A DNA stretch of 64,000 nt from Ilumatobacteraceae bacterium (GCA_017859395.1 JAFMNE010000002.1:18804-82803); one strand, 5' to 3'; counted from the stretch's first letter, positions 18,500 to 27,608 are shown. The notes: generated by a model from the letters alone, not told the origin. Made by a program: numbers and translations.

Positions 18500-19960
18500 C
18501 TAGAAGTCCAACGCCGATAACTCCGGTATCCATTCTCCGGCGCGTGTCACCGCGCGGCGCCACTCGTCGCGTTCGCGCGCGTGCACATCGGCCTCAATGC
18601 TCGGGTGTACCTCGTGCGATATGGCAGCGAGATCGCCGAGATCAGTGACTGTGGGCACGACGCCGTCGGCCACTTGGGCCAGCCGGCCAGCTCCGATGGC
18701 GGTCGCTTCGACCTGCTCAGACACCAACACCGGGCGCCGCGTGGCACGAGCAAGAGCAGCGATGAACGTCGGGTTGTGACTCATGCCGCCGTCAACGCGG
18801 ACTTCATCGATGGCAGTGCCTGTGTCGGATTCGAGAGCGTCGATGAGGTCGGCTCCGCGGTGGGCCACCCCGTCGAGCACGGCGCGCACGATATGGCTGC
18901 GTTCGGATCCTCGGGTGAGGCCGAGCAGTGTGCCGCGGGCGCCGAAATCCCATTGCGGGGTCCCCAAGCCCATCAATGCCGGTACGAACGTCACGCCGCC
19001 AGTGTCGGTGCAGGCCGACGCCACCGTGTGCGAATTCTCCGGGGTATCGATGATGCCGAGGTCCTCACAGAGCCACTCCACGCAACTTCCCGCGGACAGC
19101 ATCACCGCTTCGGCTCCCCATGTTGTGGTGCCCGCAGTGGTGGATGTGGCAATGGGGAAGGTGCCGCCGGCCGAGCGGCGCATATGTGACGGGCCGACCG
19201 GCCCAGTGACCACATCGGCCATGCCGCCGGTGCCGAACGTCATCTTCACTCTTCCAGGTACCACGCATCCCTGGCCGGCCATCGATGCCTGCTGATCACC
19301 AACGGAGGCAACGATCGTCGGTGCGCCCGGCAGCGCGGTCGCAGCTCCCCGTGTGCCCACGGTGTCGACGATGTCGGGCAACATGGCCGGATCCACGCCG
19401 AAGAGTGCGCAACGCTGCGGATCCCATATGGCCGCGGTGGTATCAGTCAAGCCGGTGATGGCGGCCTGGGTGGGGTCGGTCAGATGCAGCCCGCCAAGGC
19501 GCCACAACAGCCACGAGTCGAGGGTGCCCACTTTGGTGCGCGACGGGTCGTGCGCTGTCGTCGCCAGCAGCCATTGAGCTTTGGTCGCGGTTTGGTTCGG
19601 CGCAATGCCGGCGTCATGCTCGGCATTAGCGGTAAGGCACTCGCCGATTGTGCGGAGGTCCTGCCACCCGAGAGCCGGTGCCAGTGGTGTGGATGTCTGG
19701 GCATCCCAGATCACCGTGCTCGCACGCTGAGTAGTGATGGCCACCGACCGTGCCGGCCCGTGAGATGCGATCAGGGCGCTCGCCATGTCGATGACGGTGG
19801 TGGCGAGACGTTCGGCGTCGAACTCCACGAGACCGGGCATCGGTGTAATGGGTGGTGTCGGCGTCTGCACCTGGGCGACGATGGCGCCATCATCGCCCAG
19901 CATCACCGCACGGCTACTCGATGTGCCGACGTCGATGACCAGGGTCAGCCCGGCAGTCAT
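18500..19960 (-). CDS. FGGY-family carbohydrate kinase (glycerol/xylulose kinase-like)
   Basis: LVIDVGTSSSRAVM N-terminal ATPase motif, FGTGGM, and VDGGMSHN C-terminal motif. It is a paralogue of glpK in the same window. Confidence 0.8.
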   Translation of the reverse strand: MTAGLTLVIDVGTSSSRAVMLGDDGAIVAQVQTPTPPITPMPGLVEFDAERLATTVIDMASALIASHGPARSVAITTQRASTVIWDAQTSTPLAPALGWQDLRTIGECLTANAEHDAGIAPNQTATKAQWLLATTAHDPSRTKVGTLDSWLLWRLGGLHLTDPTQAAITGLTDTTAAIWDPQRCALFGVDPAMLPDIVDTVGTRGAATALPGAPTIVASVGDQQASMAGQGCVVPGRVKMTFGTGGMADVVTGPVGPSHMRRSAGGTFPIATSTTAGTTTWGAEAVMLSAGSCVEWLCEDLGIIDTPENSHTVASACTDTGGVTFVPALMGLGTPQWDFGARGTLLGLTRGSERSHIVRAVLDGVAHRGADLIDALESDTGTAIDEVRVDGGMSHNPTFIAALARATRRPVLVSEQVEATAIGAGRLAQVADGVVPTVTDLGDLAAISHEVHPSIEADVHARERDEWRRAVTRAGEWIPELSALDF

Positions 19961-20009
19961 CGCCCAACGACCAAGGTGGAGCTGTCCGTGCGTGCGGTGG
20001 GGAGGCCGG

Positions 20010-20438
20010 TCACTGCGAGGAGCGTTCTGTCGAGGGCATGACACCGCGGGCTCGTAGTCGCCACCCGAGTACCCCGCCGATGAGGCCCGCGCCCATAGTC
20101 ACCGTGAGGTTGAACAACGCACCGAACCACGCCACGTCATCGCCGGTCAGCAACTCGATCACGATGAACACGGTGGCGGCCGCGGCGTACGTGCCGGTGG
20201 CCGTCACCAGGCCATGGCTGAACGGCATGTCGAGGCGTTGCAGCCATGCGGCCACACCCGACCCGATGATGAAGCCGCAAAGGGCCCCAGCGCTCGCCCA
20301 TAACGCCATCACTGTGTCATCACGGTTGGCGGCCCAGCGCGACAGAGCGGCGAGCGGCACAGCGAACATCAGCGACACCGTCGCCCCGGAGCGAATCGCC
20401 TGGGTGTCCCACCGTGGTTGTGCAACGGGATCATTCAT
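20010..20438 (-). CDS. Integral membrane protein, function unknown
   Basis: 142-aa ORF with 4 predicted hydrophobic helices and no recognisable family. Confidence 0.5.
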   Translation of the reverse strand: MNDPVAQPRWDTQAIRSGATVSLMFAVPLAALSRWAANRDDTVMALWASAGALCGFIIGSGVAAWLQRLDMPFSHGLVTATGTYAAAATVFIVIELLTGDDVAWFGALFNLTVTMGAGLIGGVLGWRLRARGVMPSTERSSQ

Positions 20439-20669
20439 TAGTTCACCGCCAGAAACAGGGGAGCGGGACGAGGGGCCACGCGCGAATGGTAGGGGCTGCG
20501 CCGCGTCGGAGTGACGCTGTGCGACAGGGAGTTTGATGGATGCGGAATATCAACGGGTCACGCGCTGTTCAGTCAGATTGACAGTGTCGTTGGGAGCAGT
20601 GACGTACCCCCAACACCCGTGGTCACAGCGGTCCAAGCGCATGGTGTGCGAAAGTTCACACATTGTTTG

Positions 20670-20686
20670 TCTGCACAAGTTGCAGA
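20670..20686. promoter_or_regulatory. Perfect inverted repeat TCTGCA-N5-TGCAGA, candidate operator upstream of the Fur-family gene
   Basis: Read directly. It lies 29-45 nt upstream of GTG 20715 inside a 276-nt intergenic region that looks lower in G+C. Confidence 0.3.
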
Positions 20687-20714
20687 TTACCGATCGCTCC
20701 GCGATGATGATCGC

Positions 20715-21164
20715 GTGCGTAGCCCAGATCAACTCACCGACGCGTTTCGTGCGCGTGGTTTGAAGATGACACCGCAGCGGCAGCTGCTGTTCCGGCTACT
20801 GCACAGCAACGACACACATCCCACCGCGGAGTCGCTGTTTGAGCGTGCGTCGCACGAGATGCCCGGCATCTCATTGCGCACCGTGTACCAAACAATGAAC
20901 GACCTCGTTGCGATGGGAGAGATCGAACAGGTGTCGGTAGGGGGCGGGCCCGCGCGGTTCGACCCGAACACCGACGACCACCACCACGTGGTCTGCGACA
21001 CCTGCGGCACCGTCCGCGACGTCTACGTCAGCGGTGCCGACCAGCTCGCGATCGATGGACTTGACGGCTTTGACGCCGTTGCGCCAGCGATCGTGTTCCA
21101 CGGCGAATGCACACAGTGTGCCTCGTCGTCCAACCCACCCCACCACTCCACAAAGGAGAACTGA
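20715..21164 (+). CDS. Fur-family transcriptional regulator (PerR/FurA-like)
   Basis: [14 protein letters not shown] winged-helix region, [10 protein letters not shown] and GECTQCA (two CxxC pairs). The start at GTG 20715 gives the usual approximately 16 aa before the T-x-Q-R motif. The gene ends 1 nt before the rubrerythrin start. Confidence 0.8.
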   Translation: MRSPDQLTDAFRARGLKMTPQRQLLFRLLHSNDTHPTAESLFERASHEMPGISLRTVYQTMNDLVAMGEIEQVSVGGGPARFDPNTDDHHHVVCDTCGTVRDVYVSGADQLAIDGLDGFDAVAPAIVFHGECTQCASSSNPPHHSTKEN

Positions 21165-21165
21165 C

Positions 21166-21582
21166 ATGGCAAGCCTCGAAGGCACCAAGACCCATGAGAA
21201 CCTCAAGGAGGCGTTTGCCGGCGAGAGCCAGGCCAACCGTCGCTACCTGTGGTTCGCCCAGAAGGCCGACGTCGAGGGCTACCCCGACGTGGCGGCACTG
21301 TTCCGTTCGGTCGCCGAAGGCGAAACCGGGCACGCCCACGGCCACCTCGACTACCTCGCCGAGGTTGGCGACCCCGCATCGGGCGAGCCCATCGGCGACA
21401 CCGAGGAGAACCTGAAGGCCTCCGTTGCTGGCGAGACCTACGAGTACACCCAGATGTACCCCGGCTTCGCTAAGACCGCCCGCGACGAGGGCTTCGACGA
21501 GATCGCCGAGTGGTTCGAGACCCTCGCCCGTGCGGAGAAGAGCCACGCTGGCCGCTTCACCCAGGGCCTCGAGGCCCTCTGA
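21166..21582 (+). CDS. Rubrerythrin-family diiron protein without a rubredoxin domain (138 aa)
   Basis: [40 protein letters not shown] and [10 protein letters not shown] give two E...ExxH diiron halves. AAGGAGA Shine-Dalgarno. Confidence 0.9.
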   Translation: MASLEGTKTHENLKEAFAGESQANRRYLWFAQKADVEGYPDVAALFRSVAEGETGHAHGHLDYLAEVGDPASGEPIGDTEENLKASVAGETYEYTQMYPGFAKTARDEGFDEIAEWFETLARAEKSHAGRFTQGLEAL

Positions 21583-21598
21583 TCCGTCCCCGGACGAC

Positions 21599-21630
21599 AC
21601 GGGTGGGTGCTGCTACGGCGGCACCCACCC
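21599..21630 (+). terminator. 11-bp GC-rich hairpin between the rubrerythrin and FeS genes (candidate attenuator or partial terminator)
   Basis: CGGGTGGGTGC (21599-21609) pairs perfectly with GCACCCACCCG (21620-21630), followed by ACGTTCGTTC. Confidence 0.4.
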
Positions 21631-21675
21631 GACGTTCGTTCAGCCACCTCACCCTGATCCCCCAAGGCAGTCGAC

Positions 21676-22977
21676 ATGACGATTACGTACGACCCCACAC
21701 ACCCCAAGTACCTCGACGAGGCAGATGTTCGTGAGGAACTCACCCGGGTGTACGACCTGTGCCACGGCTGCCGCCTGTGCTTCAAGTTCTGCACGTCATT
21801 CCCCACCCTGTTCGAACTGATCGACCGGTTCGATGACCAAGACGCCGGCAAATTAACCCCGGCCGAGCAAGACAAGGTCATCGACGAGTGCTTCCAATGC
21901 AAACTCTGCTACGTCAACTGCCCGTACATCCCCGAACTGCACGAATGGGCTCTTGACTTCCCGCGTCTGATGCTGCGCGCCGACGCGATGCGCTACGCCA
22001 ACGGCCACAAGAGCCTGCGCTCAAAAGTCACCACCCAGATGCTCGGTCGCACCGATCTCATCGGCACCGCTGCCACGACCATGGCACCGGTGGCCAACAA
22101 GATGGTCGCCGGCGAGAAGAACTCCGTCATCCGCAAGGCGGTGTCGGCGGTCACCGGCGTGTCCGCGGTGCGCCTCCTCCCGCCATATGCCAAGCAGCGC
22201 TTTTCCAGCTGGTTCCGCAAGCGTGCCACCCCGGTGCTGTCGCGGCGTCAAGGCAAAGTCACCGTGTTCCCCACCTGCTTGGTCGAATACCAAGAGACCC
22301 GCATCGGCAAAGACCTGGTGGCCGTCTACGAACACAACGGCATCGAGTGCTCGATCACCGACGCCGGGTGCTGCGGTGCACCGTGGCTGCACAGCGGTGA
22401 TATCAAACACTTCACCAAGATCGCCGAGAAGAACGTGGCCACCCTTGCGGCCGAGGTGCGCGCCGGTGGCGACATTGTGGTGCCCCAGCCCACCTGTGGG
22501 TACGTGCTGAAGAAGGACTATCTCGACTACGTGGGCGGCCCTGATGCCGAACTGGTGGCGGCGCACACCTACGACGCTGCGGAGTACCTGATGAAGGTGC
22601 ACAAAGACGACGACTCCTCGCTGGAGACCGAATTCCCCGGCGAGGTGCCCGAGAAGGTCACGTACCACACGCCCTGCCACCTGCGCGCCCAGAACATCGG
22701 CTTCAAGAGCCGTGACCTGATGAAACTCACCGGGTCCAAAGTGAAGCTGGTGCAGCAGTGCTCGGGCATCGACGGCATGTGGGGCTTCCGCGCCGAAAAC
22801 GAAGAGATCTCGATTCCGATCGCCGCGAAACTGGCCGAGCAAATCGACAAAGCTGACGGCGACGTCGTCACCGGCGATTGTCATCTCGCCAACACCGCCA
22901 TCACCGAGCAGACCGGCGAACCCGCTGTGCACCCGCTCACGTTTATGGCACGTGCCTACGACATTCAGCCTGATTGA
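21676..22977 (+). CDS. (Fe-S)-binding protein with two 4Fe-4S ferredoxin motifs and two CCG-type domains (GlpC/HdrD/LutA-like)
   Basis: [11 protein letters not shown] and [12 protein letters not shown] motifs. Downstream Cys clusters FPTC...GCCGAPW and HTPCH...CSGIDG. Confidence 0.85.
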   Translation: MTITYDPTHPKYLDEADVREELTRVYDLCHGCRLCFKFCTSFPTLFELIDRFDDQDAGKLTPAEQDKVIDECFQCKLCYVNCPYIPELHEWALDFPRLMLRADAMRYANGHKSLRSKVTTQMLGRTDLIGTAATTMAPVANKMVAGEKNSVIRKAVSAVTGVSAVRLLPPYAKQRFSSWFRKRATPVLSRRQGKVTVFPTCLVEYQETRIGKDLVAVYEHNGIECSITDAGCCGAPWLHSGDIKHFTKIAEKNVATLAAEVRAGGDIVVPQPTCGYVLKKDYLDYVGGPDAELVAAHTYDAAEYLMKVHKDDDSSLETEFPGEVPEKVTYHTPCHLRAQNIGFKSRDLMKLTGSKVKLVQQCSGIDGMWGFRAENEEISIPIAAKLAEQIDKADGDVVTGDCHLANTAITEQTGEPAVHPLTFMARAYDIQPD

Positions 22978-23007
22978 TCCCCCCAACACCCCCCACATGG
23001 AGATGAG

Positions 23008-23607
23008 ATGCACACCATGACCCCCCGCAAGCTCACCCTCACCGACATCGCCGATGTTCGTGCCTACGAACGCGAGCGCGAAGAGTTCCGCACGCGCGTC
23101 ATTGCGTTGAAGCGTCGCCGGCGCGTCCACGTTGGCTTGTTCGTCACGTTCCTATTTGAGAATCGCGACACCATTCGGTTCCAGATTCAAGAGATGGCGC
23201 GAGTGGAGAAGTTGACCACCGACGACGACATCCAGGTGGAACTCGATACCTATAACCCCATCATTCCTGATGTCGGTCAGGTGTGCGCCACCATGTTTAT
23301 CGAGCTCACCACCGATGAGCAGATGCGCGAATGGCTCACCAAACTCGCCGGTGTGGAGAATGCGGCGCGCCTCGTCCTCTCCGATGGCACCGAGATCCCC
23401 GCGATTATCGACGAGCAGCATTCTGAAGGGCTTACTCGCGACCACGTCACCGCCGCGGTGCATTACCTGCGCTGGGAATTCAGCCCAGAGCAGGTGGCCG
23501 CCTTCGCAGCCGGTGCTGTGCAGTTGCGCATTGACCATCCCGAGTATTTGGAAGTTGTCGAACTGAGCGACGCGACACACGCCGAACTTCTCGACGACCT
23601 CGGCTGA
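23008..23607 (+). CDS. DUF3501 family protein
   Basis: LTLTDIADVRAYEREREEFRTRVIALKRRRRVHVG...FLFENRDTIRFQIQEM matches my recollection of DUF3501. GGAGA lies upstream. The start may be 23008 or 23017. Confidence 0.7.
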   Translation: MHTMTPRKLTLTDIADVRAYEREREEFRTRVIALKRRRRVHVGLFVTFLFENRDTIRFQIQEMARVEKLTTDDDIQVELDTYNPIIPDVGQVCATMFIELTTDEQMREWLTKLAGVENAARLVLSDGTEIPAIIDEQHSEGLTRDHVTAAVHYLRWEFSPEQVAAFAAGAVQLRIDHPEYLEVVELSDATHAELLDDLG

Positions 23608-23636
23608 GCGGCGCCCGCCGCGCTCGGCACCCCATC

Positions 23637-23663
23637 GCTGTGATGTGACGAGAACATCACAGC
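23637..23663 (+). terminator. Perfect 10-bp stem / 7-nt loop hairpin between the DUF3501 gene and whiB
   Basis: GCTGTGATGT-GACGAGA-ACATCACAGC read directly. There is no U-tract, so it could be a terminator, processing site or operator. Confidence 0.35.
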
Positions 23664-23734
23664 ATCGTTCGACCTCTGGCATTGTGCTGCGCGACGTTCT
23701 AGTGTCGGCGCAGAAGCGACAACGGGGAGCGACG

Positions 23735-23977
23735 ATGGGGGCCAGACACGACCTTGAGTGGAGGATGTCGGGGGCATGCCGCGGTCTTGATCCGGGTGTA
23801 TTTCACCCCGAGACCGACGACGAGGCCGAACCGGCCAAGGAGATCTGCTCGACCTGCATGGTGCAAGTGGCCTGCTTGGAGTATGCCCTGCAGCGCCGTG
23901 AGAAGGTCGGCGTGTGGGGTGGCCTCACAGAACGGGAACGTCGTCGCGTCATTCGTCAGCGTCGACGCTCCGCCTGA
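23735..23977 (+). CDS. whiB: WhiB-family transcriptional regulator
   Basis: Four Cys (C-x22-C-x2-C-x5-C: ACRGLD...CSTCMVQVAC), a GVWGG turn and a basic C-terminal tail RERRRVIRQRRR. GGGGAG Shine-Dalgarno. Confidence 0.9.
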   Translation: MGARHDLEWRMSGACRGLDPGVFHPETDDEAEPAKEICSTCMVQVACLEYALQRREKVGVWGGLTERERRRVIRQRRRSA

Positions 23978-24030
23978 CCTCAACACCTACTGACGCCTCA
24001 GCCAAGGCGGTGTGTCGGGCTGTGCGCGCA

Positions 24031-24036
24031 TAGTCT
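24031..24036 (+). promoter_or_regulatory. Candidate -10 (TAGTCT) for leaderless trpD
   Basis: TAGTCT followed by 7 nt and then ATG 24044. No Shine-Dalgarno. Confidence 0.4.
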
Positions 24037-24043
24037 CCCCACT

Positions 24044-25105
24044 ATGGACAACCGCGGTGACCCTCTTGCCGACTGTGGGGGCTGGCCCGCGATCATCGAT
24101 GATCTTGTCGTCGGCCGTGACCTCACAACAGAGGTAGCCCGCGCCGCAGTTGAGGTGATACTCAACGGCGACGCTGACCCAGCGGTCGTCAGTGCCTTTT
24201 TGGTGGGTATGCGGGCAAAAGGGGAGAACCCGATCGAAATCGCTGCGATGCTCGACGCTGTCGACGCGGCCGCGCTCACAGTGCACCTGCCCACTGAAAT
24301 CGTCGATACCGCCATCGATGTAGTCGGCACCGGAGGCGACGGCTCAGATTCGGTGAACGTCTCAACAATGGCTGCTCTGGTGGCCGCTGGTGCCGGTGCG
24401 CCGGTCTGCAAACACGGAAATCGGTCGTCGTCGAGTCGATGTGGCACCGCCGATGTGCTCGCTGAACTCGGCCTCGTCATCGAACTCACCCCAGAGCAGG
24501 TGTCGGCATGTGTGCAACGGGTTGGTTTTGGTTTCTGCCTCGCACCGGCCTTCCACCCGGCGTTCCGCCATGTGGGGCCCACGCGCCGCGCACTCGGCGT
24601 GCGCACCGTGTTCAACCTGTTGGGCCCGATGGCCAACCCGGCACGTGTCCGCCGGCAACTCATCGGCGTCGCCGATCCCAGCGTCGCGGGCGTGATGGTC
24701 GACACCTTGGAACAACGCGGCACGATCCACGCGTGGGTCGTGCACGGTGGTGGCATGGACGAACTGACGACTACGGCCCCATCACACGTCACCGAGTTAC
24801 GTGATGGGCAACGCCGCGATTTCAGCATCGACCCGGCTGCCCTCGGGCTGGCACCTGCCACCATGGACGACCTGCGTGGCGGCGACCCAGCAGAGAACGC
24901 AGCCGCGGTGCGCGCGGTCCTCGACGGACAGCCAGGCCCTCACCGCGACATCGTCGTTCTTAACGCCGGCGCCGCGCTCGTCGTCGCGGGAATCTGCGAT
25001 GACATCACCGCGGGCATCGCGGCAGCGTCGGCAGCCATCGACGATGGGCGTGCGGCCAACATTCTCGCCGCCGCAGTCGCCTTCACCGGAGAACTGCGCA
25101 CGTGA
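24044..25105 (+). CDS. trpD: Anthranilate phosphoribosyltransferase
   Basis: DVVGTGGDGSDSVNVST, KHGNRSSSSRCGTADVLE and NLLGPMANP motifs. Confidence 0.9.
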   Translation: MDNRGDPLADCGGWPAIIDDLVVGRDLTTEVARAAVEVILNGDADPAVVSAFLVGMRAKGENPIEIAAMLDAVDAAALTVHLPTEIVDTAIDVVGTGGDGSDSVNVSTMAALVAAGAGAPVCKHGNRSSSSRCGTADVLAELGLVIELTPEQVSACVQRVGFGFCLAPAFHPAFRHVGPTRRALGVRTVFNLLGPMANPARVRRQLIGVADPSVAGVMVDTLEQRGTIHAWVVHGGGMDELTTTAPSHVTELRDGQRRDFSIDPAALGLAPATMDDLRGGDPAENAAAVRAVLDGQPGPHRDIVVLNAGAALVVAGICDDITAGIAAASAAIDDGRAANILAAAVAFTGELRT

Positions 25106-25938
25106 GCGTTGCCGTGTCGGCACCCGGGTCGTCGGCAAACCTGGGTCCGGGTTTCGACGTGCTGGGCCTTGCTGTTGACCTTCGGGCCACGGTCGGCACG
25201 GGCGATCCACCCACCGGAGCGCACGCGATTGACGACCACCACCCCGCATGGATTGCGCATCGTCGCGCCGGTGGCGATGGTTCGTTGTGGGTGCAGACCC
25301 GTCTGCCGATGGGACGTGGATTGGGCTTCAGCGGCGCGGTGCGCGCTGCGGGTGCAATGCTGGCCGAAGTGCAGCGCGGCGGTGCTGCCGCCATCGACGA
25401 TGATGCGGCGCGACATCGCGCCTACGCGGTGGCGGCGGAGCTGGAAGGCCACGGCGACAACGCAGCAGCGTCGGTCTTCGGCGGGCTCACCGTGGCCGCG
25501 GAATCTGGTGTGCTGGCATTACACCCCCACCCCGGGTTCGCGCTCGTGGTGTGGATTCCAGATGCGACCACCTCCACCGACCGTTCCCGAGTGGCATTGA
25601 GCGACACCGTGGCGCGCGAAGATGCTGTGGCTGGGATCGCCAACACTGCGTTACTGATTCACGCACTCACCACTGGCGCCATCACCCACTTGCCAGCCGC
25701 GGTCGCCGATCGATTGCATCAACCCGGCCGACTGATGGCTCGCCCCGACGCGGCCGCAGCGATGGAGGCGCTTGGCGCAGCAGGTGCTCTGGCGACATGG
25801 TTGTCGGGCAGTGGGCCGACCGTGGCCGGGCTAGTCGATGCGGCGTCTGCAGATGCCGTCGCCAGGCAAGTGGCGGCCGGCGAGGGAGAGCACGTGCGCG
25901 TCGTTGGCCTCGACATCAACGGTGTGGCGCTCGTCTAA
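25102..25938 (+). CDS. thrB: GHMP kinase, most likely homoserine kinase
   Basis: APGSSANLGPGFDVLGLAV, PMGRGLGFSGA (degenerate motif II), EGHGDNAAASVFGG and SGSGPTV. The GTG start overlaps the trpD stop (GTGA). Confidence 0.65.
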   Translation: MSVAVSAPGSSANLGPGFDVLGLAVDLRATVGTGDPPTGAHAIDDHHPAWIAHRRAGGDGSLWVQTRLPMGRGLGFSGAVRAAGAMLAEVQRGGAAAIDDDAARHRAYAVAAELEGHGDNAAASVFGGLTVAAESGVLALHPHPGFALVVWIPDATTSTDRSRVALSDTVAREDAVAGIANTALLIHALTTGAITHLPAAVADRLHQPGRLMARPDAAAAMEALGAAGALATWLSGSGPTVAGLVDAASADAVARQVAAGEGEHVRVVGLDINGVALV

Positions 25939-25962
25939 TGTCGCGAGGCCCAGAGGCCTCGC

Positions 25963-27579
25963 TCAGGCCGCGGTGCCGCCGAGGCGCGCGGGAAGATCTC
26001 GCACCGGTACCGGTAATTCCCAGGTACCGGTGCAACCGCGCAGCGACACATTGCCCCCCTCGGCTGCGCGCTGAATAGTGCGAGCGAGCAAGCGGCGTTC
26101 CGCGAGCGGGTCGAGGCATGGCACCTCGTCGAGCACCCGGTGGTGCAACAACCCGTCATCGATCACGTGGGTCACACCAGATACCTCCACCTCCACGCGG
26201 CCGCCGGCGCGCAACGCGCGCACCGCAGCGGCATCAGTCGTGACGCGCAACAGAGTCTCCACGCGATCACGAACAGCGGCGGCCTCTTCGAAGCGATGTG
26301 CACTCACCAGGGCACGCATTCGGTCCGTGGAGCGCAGCAGAAGATCATCGACGTCGCCGACGAGCAGTGCGCTCACCGCATCGACCACCGTGGCATAGTC
26401 CGCAGCGTCGCCCACTCCGGCACATGGGCATGGGGTGCGTCCTGCTTGTGCCGGGGTGCATGGTGTGGCCCCTGCCGGCACTCGGAAGCGCGGGCCGATG
26501 CGGGTGGCGCAACGACGAAGAGGGAACGCGTCGTGGATGGCATCGACAATCTCCTCTGCGGCACGTCGCGACGGCACCGGACCGAGGGCGTCGCCGGTGC
26601 CGGGGCCACGTCCAATCACGAGACGCGGCCACAGATCGTCGTCGGTGAGCCGCACATGGTGTTCGCCGGTACGACGCCGACCCACCCGATTGAATTCAGG
26701 GGTCAACGTGCTGATCAGGCGCCGTTCCAACACCTCGGCGGTCAGGGCATCACCGGTGACGGTGTGATCGATGCGGTGCATGCGTCCCAGCAAGGTGGGA
26801 ACCCGGCGACGTTCGTCGCTCCCGAAGTAGCTGCGCACCCGTGACCGCAGGTTGGTGGCTTTACCCACGTAGAGCACTGTGCCTGCGGCGTCGATCATGC
26901 GATAGACCCCGGGTTCACGAGGCAGGTCGGCTGTCAGCGATAACTTCGCCGACCGTGGGCTGCCGTCGAGGCGTCCGAGATGCAGCAGATCGTCGATTCC
27001 GAGAACGCCCCAGCCAGCGGCGCGTTCCAGAAGCAGATGCAACAAATCGGCGGTGGCGAGCGCATCATCGAGCGCCCGGTGGCTGGGCCGATGTGCGAGA
27101 CCGAAACGATCGGCAAGGGTGCCGAGTTTGCAATTCGGAACCTCGTCACGCACCAGGCGACGCGCCAACGTGACCGTGTCGACCACAGTGGGTGAGAACG
27201 ACTCATAGTTGCGCCGGTCACACGCAGCAGAAATGAAACCGACGTCGAAACGAGCGTTGTGTGCCACCACGACCGCGTCACCGATGAACTCGAGCAGACT
27301 TGGCAGCACCGTGTCGATCCGAGGTGCGGGGGCGAGAACCGCGTCGGTCAAGCCGGTGATCACGGTGATGCGAGGCGACAGCGCTCGTCCGGGGTTGACC
27401 AGGGTCTGAAAGGTGCCGAGAACCTCGCCACCGCGCACCCGTACCGCACCCACTTCGCAGATCTCGTCAGAGCGTGGGTCGGTGCCGGTGGTTTCAAGGT
27501 CGACCACACAGAAGGTGACCTCGTGCAGCGGTGTCCCGAGATCATCGAGGGATCGCTGCCGCGGCGGCATCATGGTCAT
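25963..27579 (-). CDS. DEDD (DnaQ-like) 3'-5' exonuclease fused to a GIY-YIG (UvrC/Cho-like) nuclease domain
   Basis: CVVDLETTG (ExoI), VVAHNARFD (ExoII), HRALDDALATADL (ExoIII), then GVYRMIDAAGTVLYVGKATNLRSRVRSYF (GIY-YIG). The start was taken at MTMMPPRQ. Confidence 0.85.
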   Translation of the reverse strand: MTMMPPRQRSLDDLGTPLHEVTFCVVDLETTGTDPRSDEICEVGAVRVRGGEVLGTFQTLVNPGRALSPRITVITGLTDAVLAPAPRIDTVLPSLLEFIGDAVVVAHNARFDVGFISAACDRRNYESFSPTVVDTVTLARRLVRDEVPNCKLGTLADRFGLAHRPSHRALDDALATADLLHLLLERAAGWGVLGIDDLLHLGRLDGSPRSAKLSLTADLPREPGVYRMIDAAGTVLYVGKATNLRSRVRSYFGSDERRRVPTLLGRMHRIDHTVTGDALTAEVLERRLISTLTPEFNRVGRRRTGEHHVRLTDDDLWPRLVIGRGPGTGDALGPVPSRRAAEEIVDAIHDAFPLRRCATRIGPRFRVPAGATPCTPAQAGRTPCPCAGVGDAADYATVVDAVSALLVGDVDDLLLRSTDRMRALVSAHRFEEAAAVRDRVETLLRVTTDAAAVRALRAGGRVEVEVSGVTHVIDDGLLHHRVLDEVPCLDPLAERRLLARTIQRAAEGGNVSLRGCTGTWELPVPVRDLPARLGGTAA

Positions 27580-27594
27580 CCCACCACGCCAGCA

Positions 27595-27608
27595 CGAACA
27601 GGTGTTCG
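27595..27608. promoter_or_regulatory. LexA (SOS/Cheo-type) box CGAACAGGTGTTCG
   Basis: Perfect GAAC-N4-GTTC palindrome with flanking C/G. It lies 16 nt upstream of the nuclease ATG. On the minus strand it directly follows a TTGACA hexamer, and on the plus strand it precedes AAGTAT. Confidence 0.6.

Noticed and set aside
20931-20944. CGAACAGGTGTCGG, resembling the LexA box found at 27595.
   Set aside because: The right half-site is imperfect (GTCG instead of GTTC), and it lies inside the Fur-family coding sequence.
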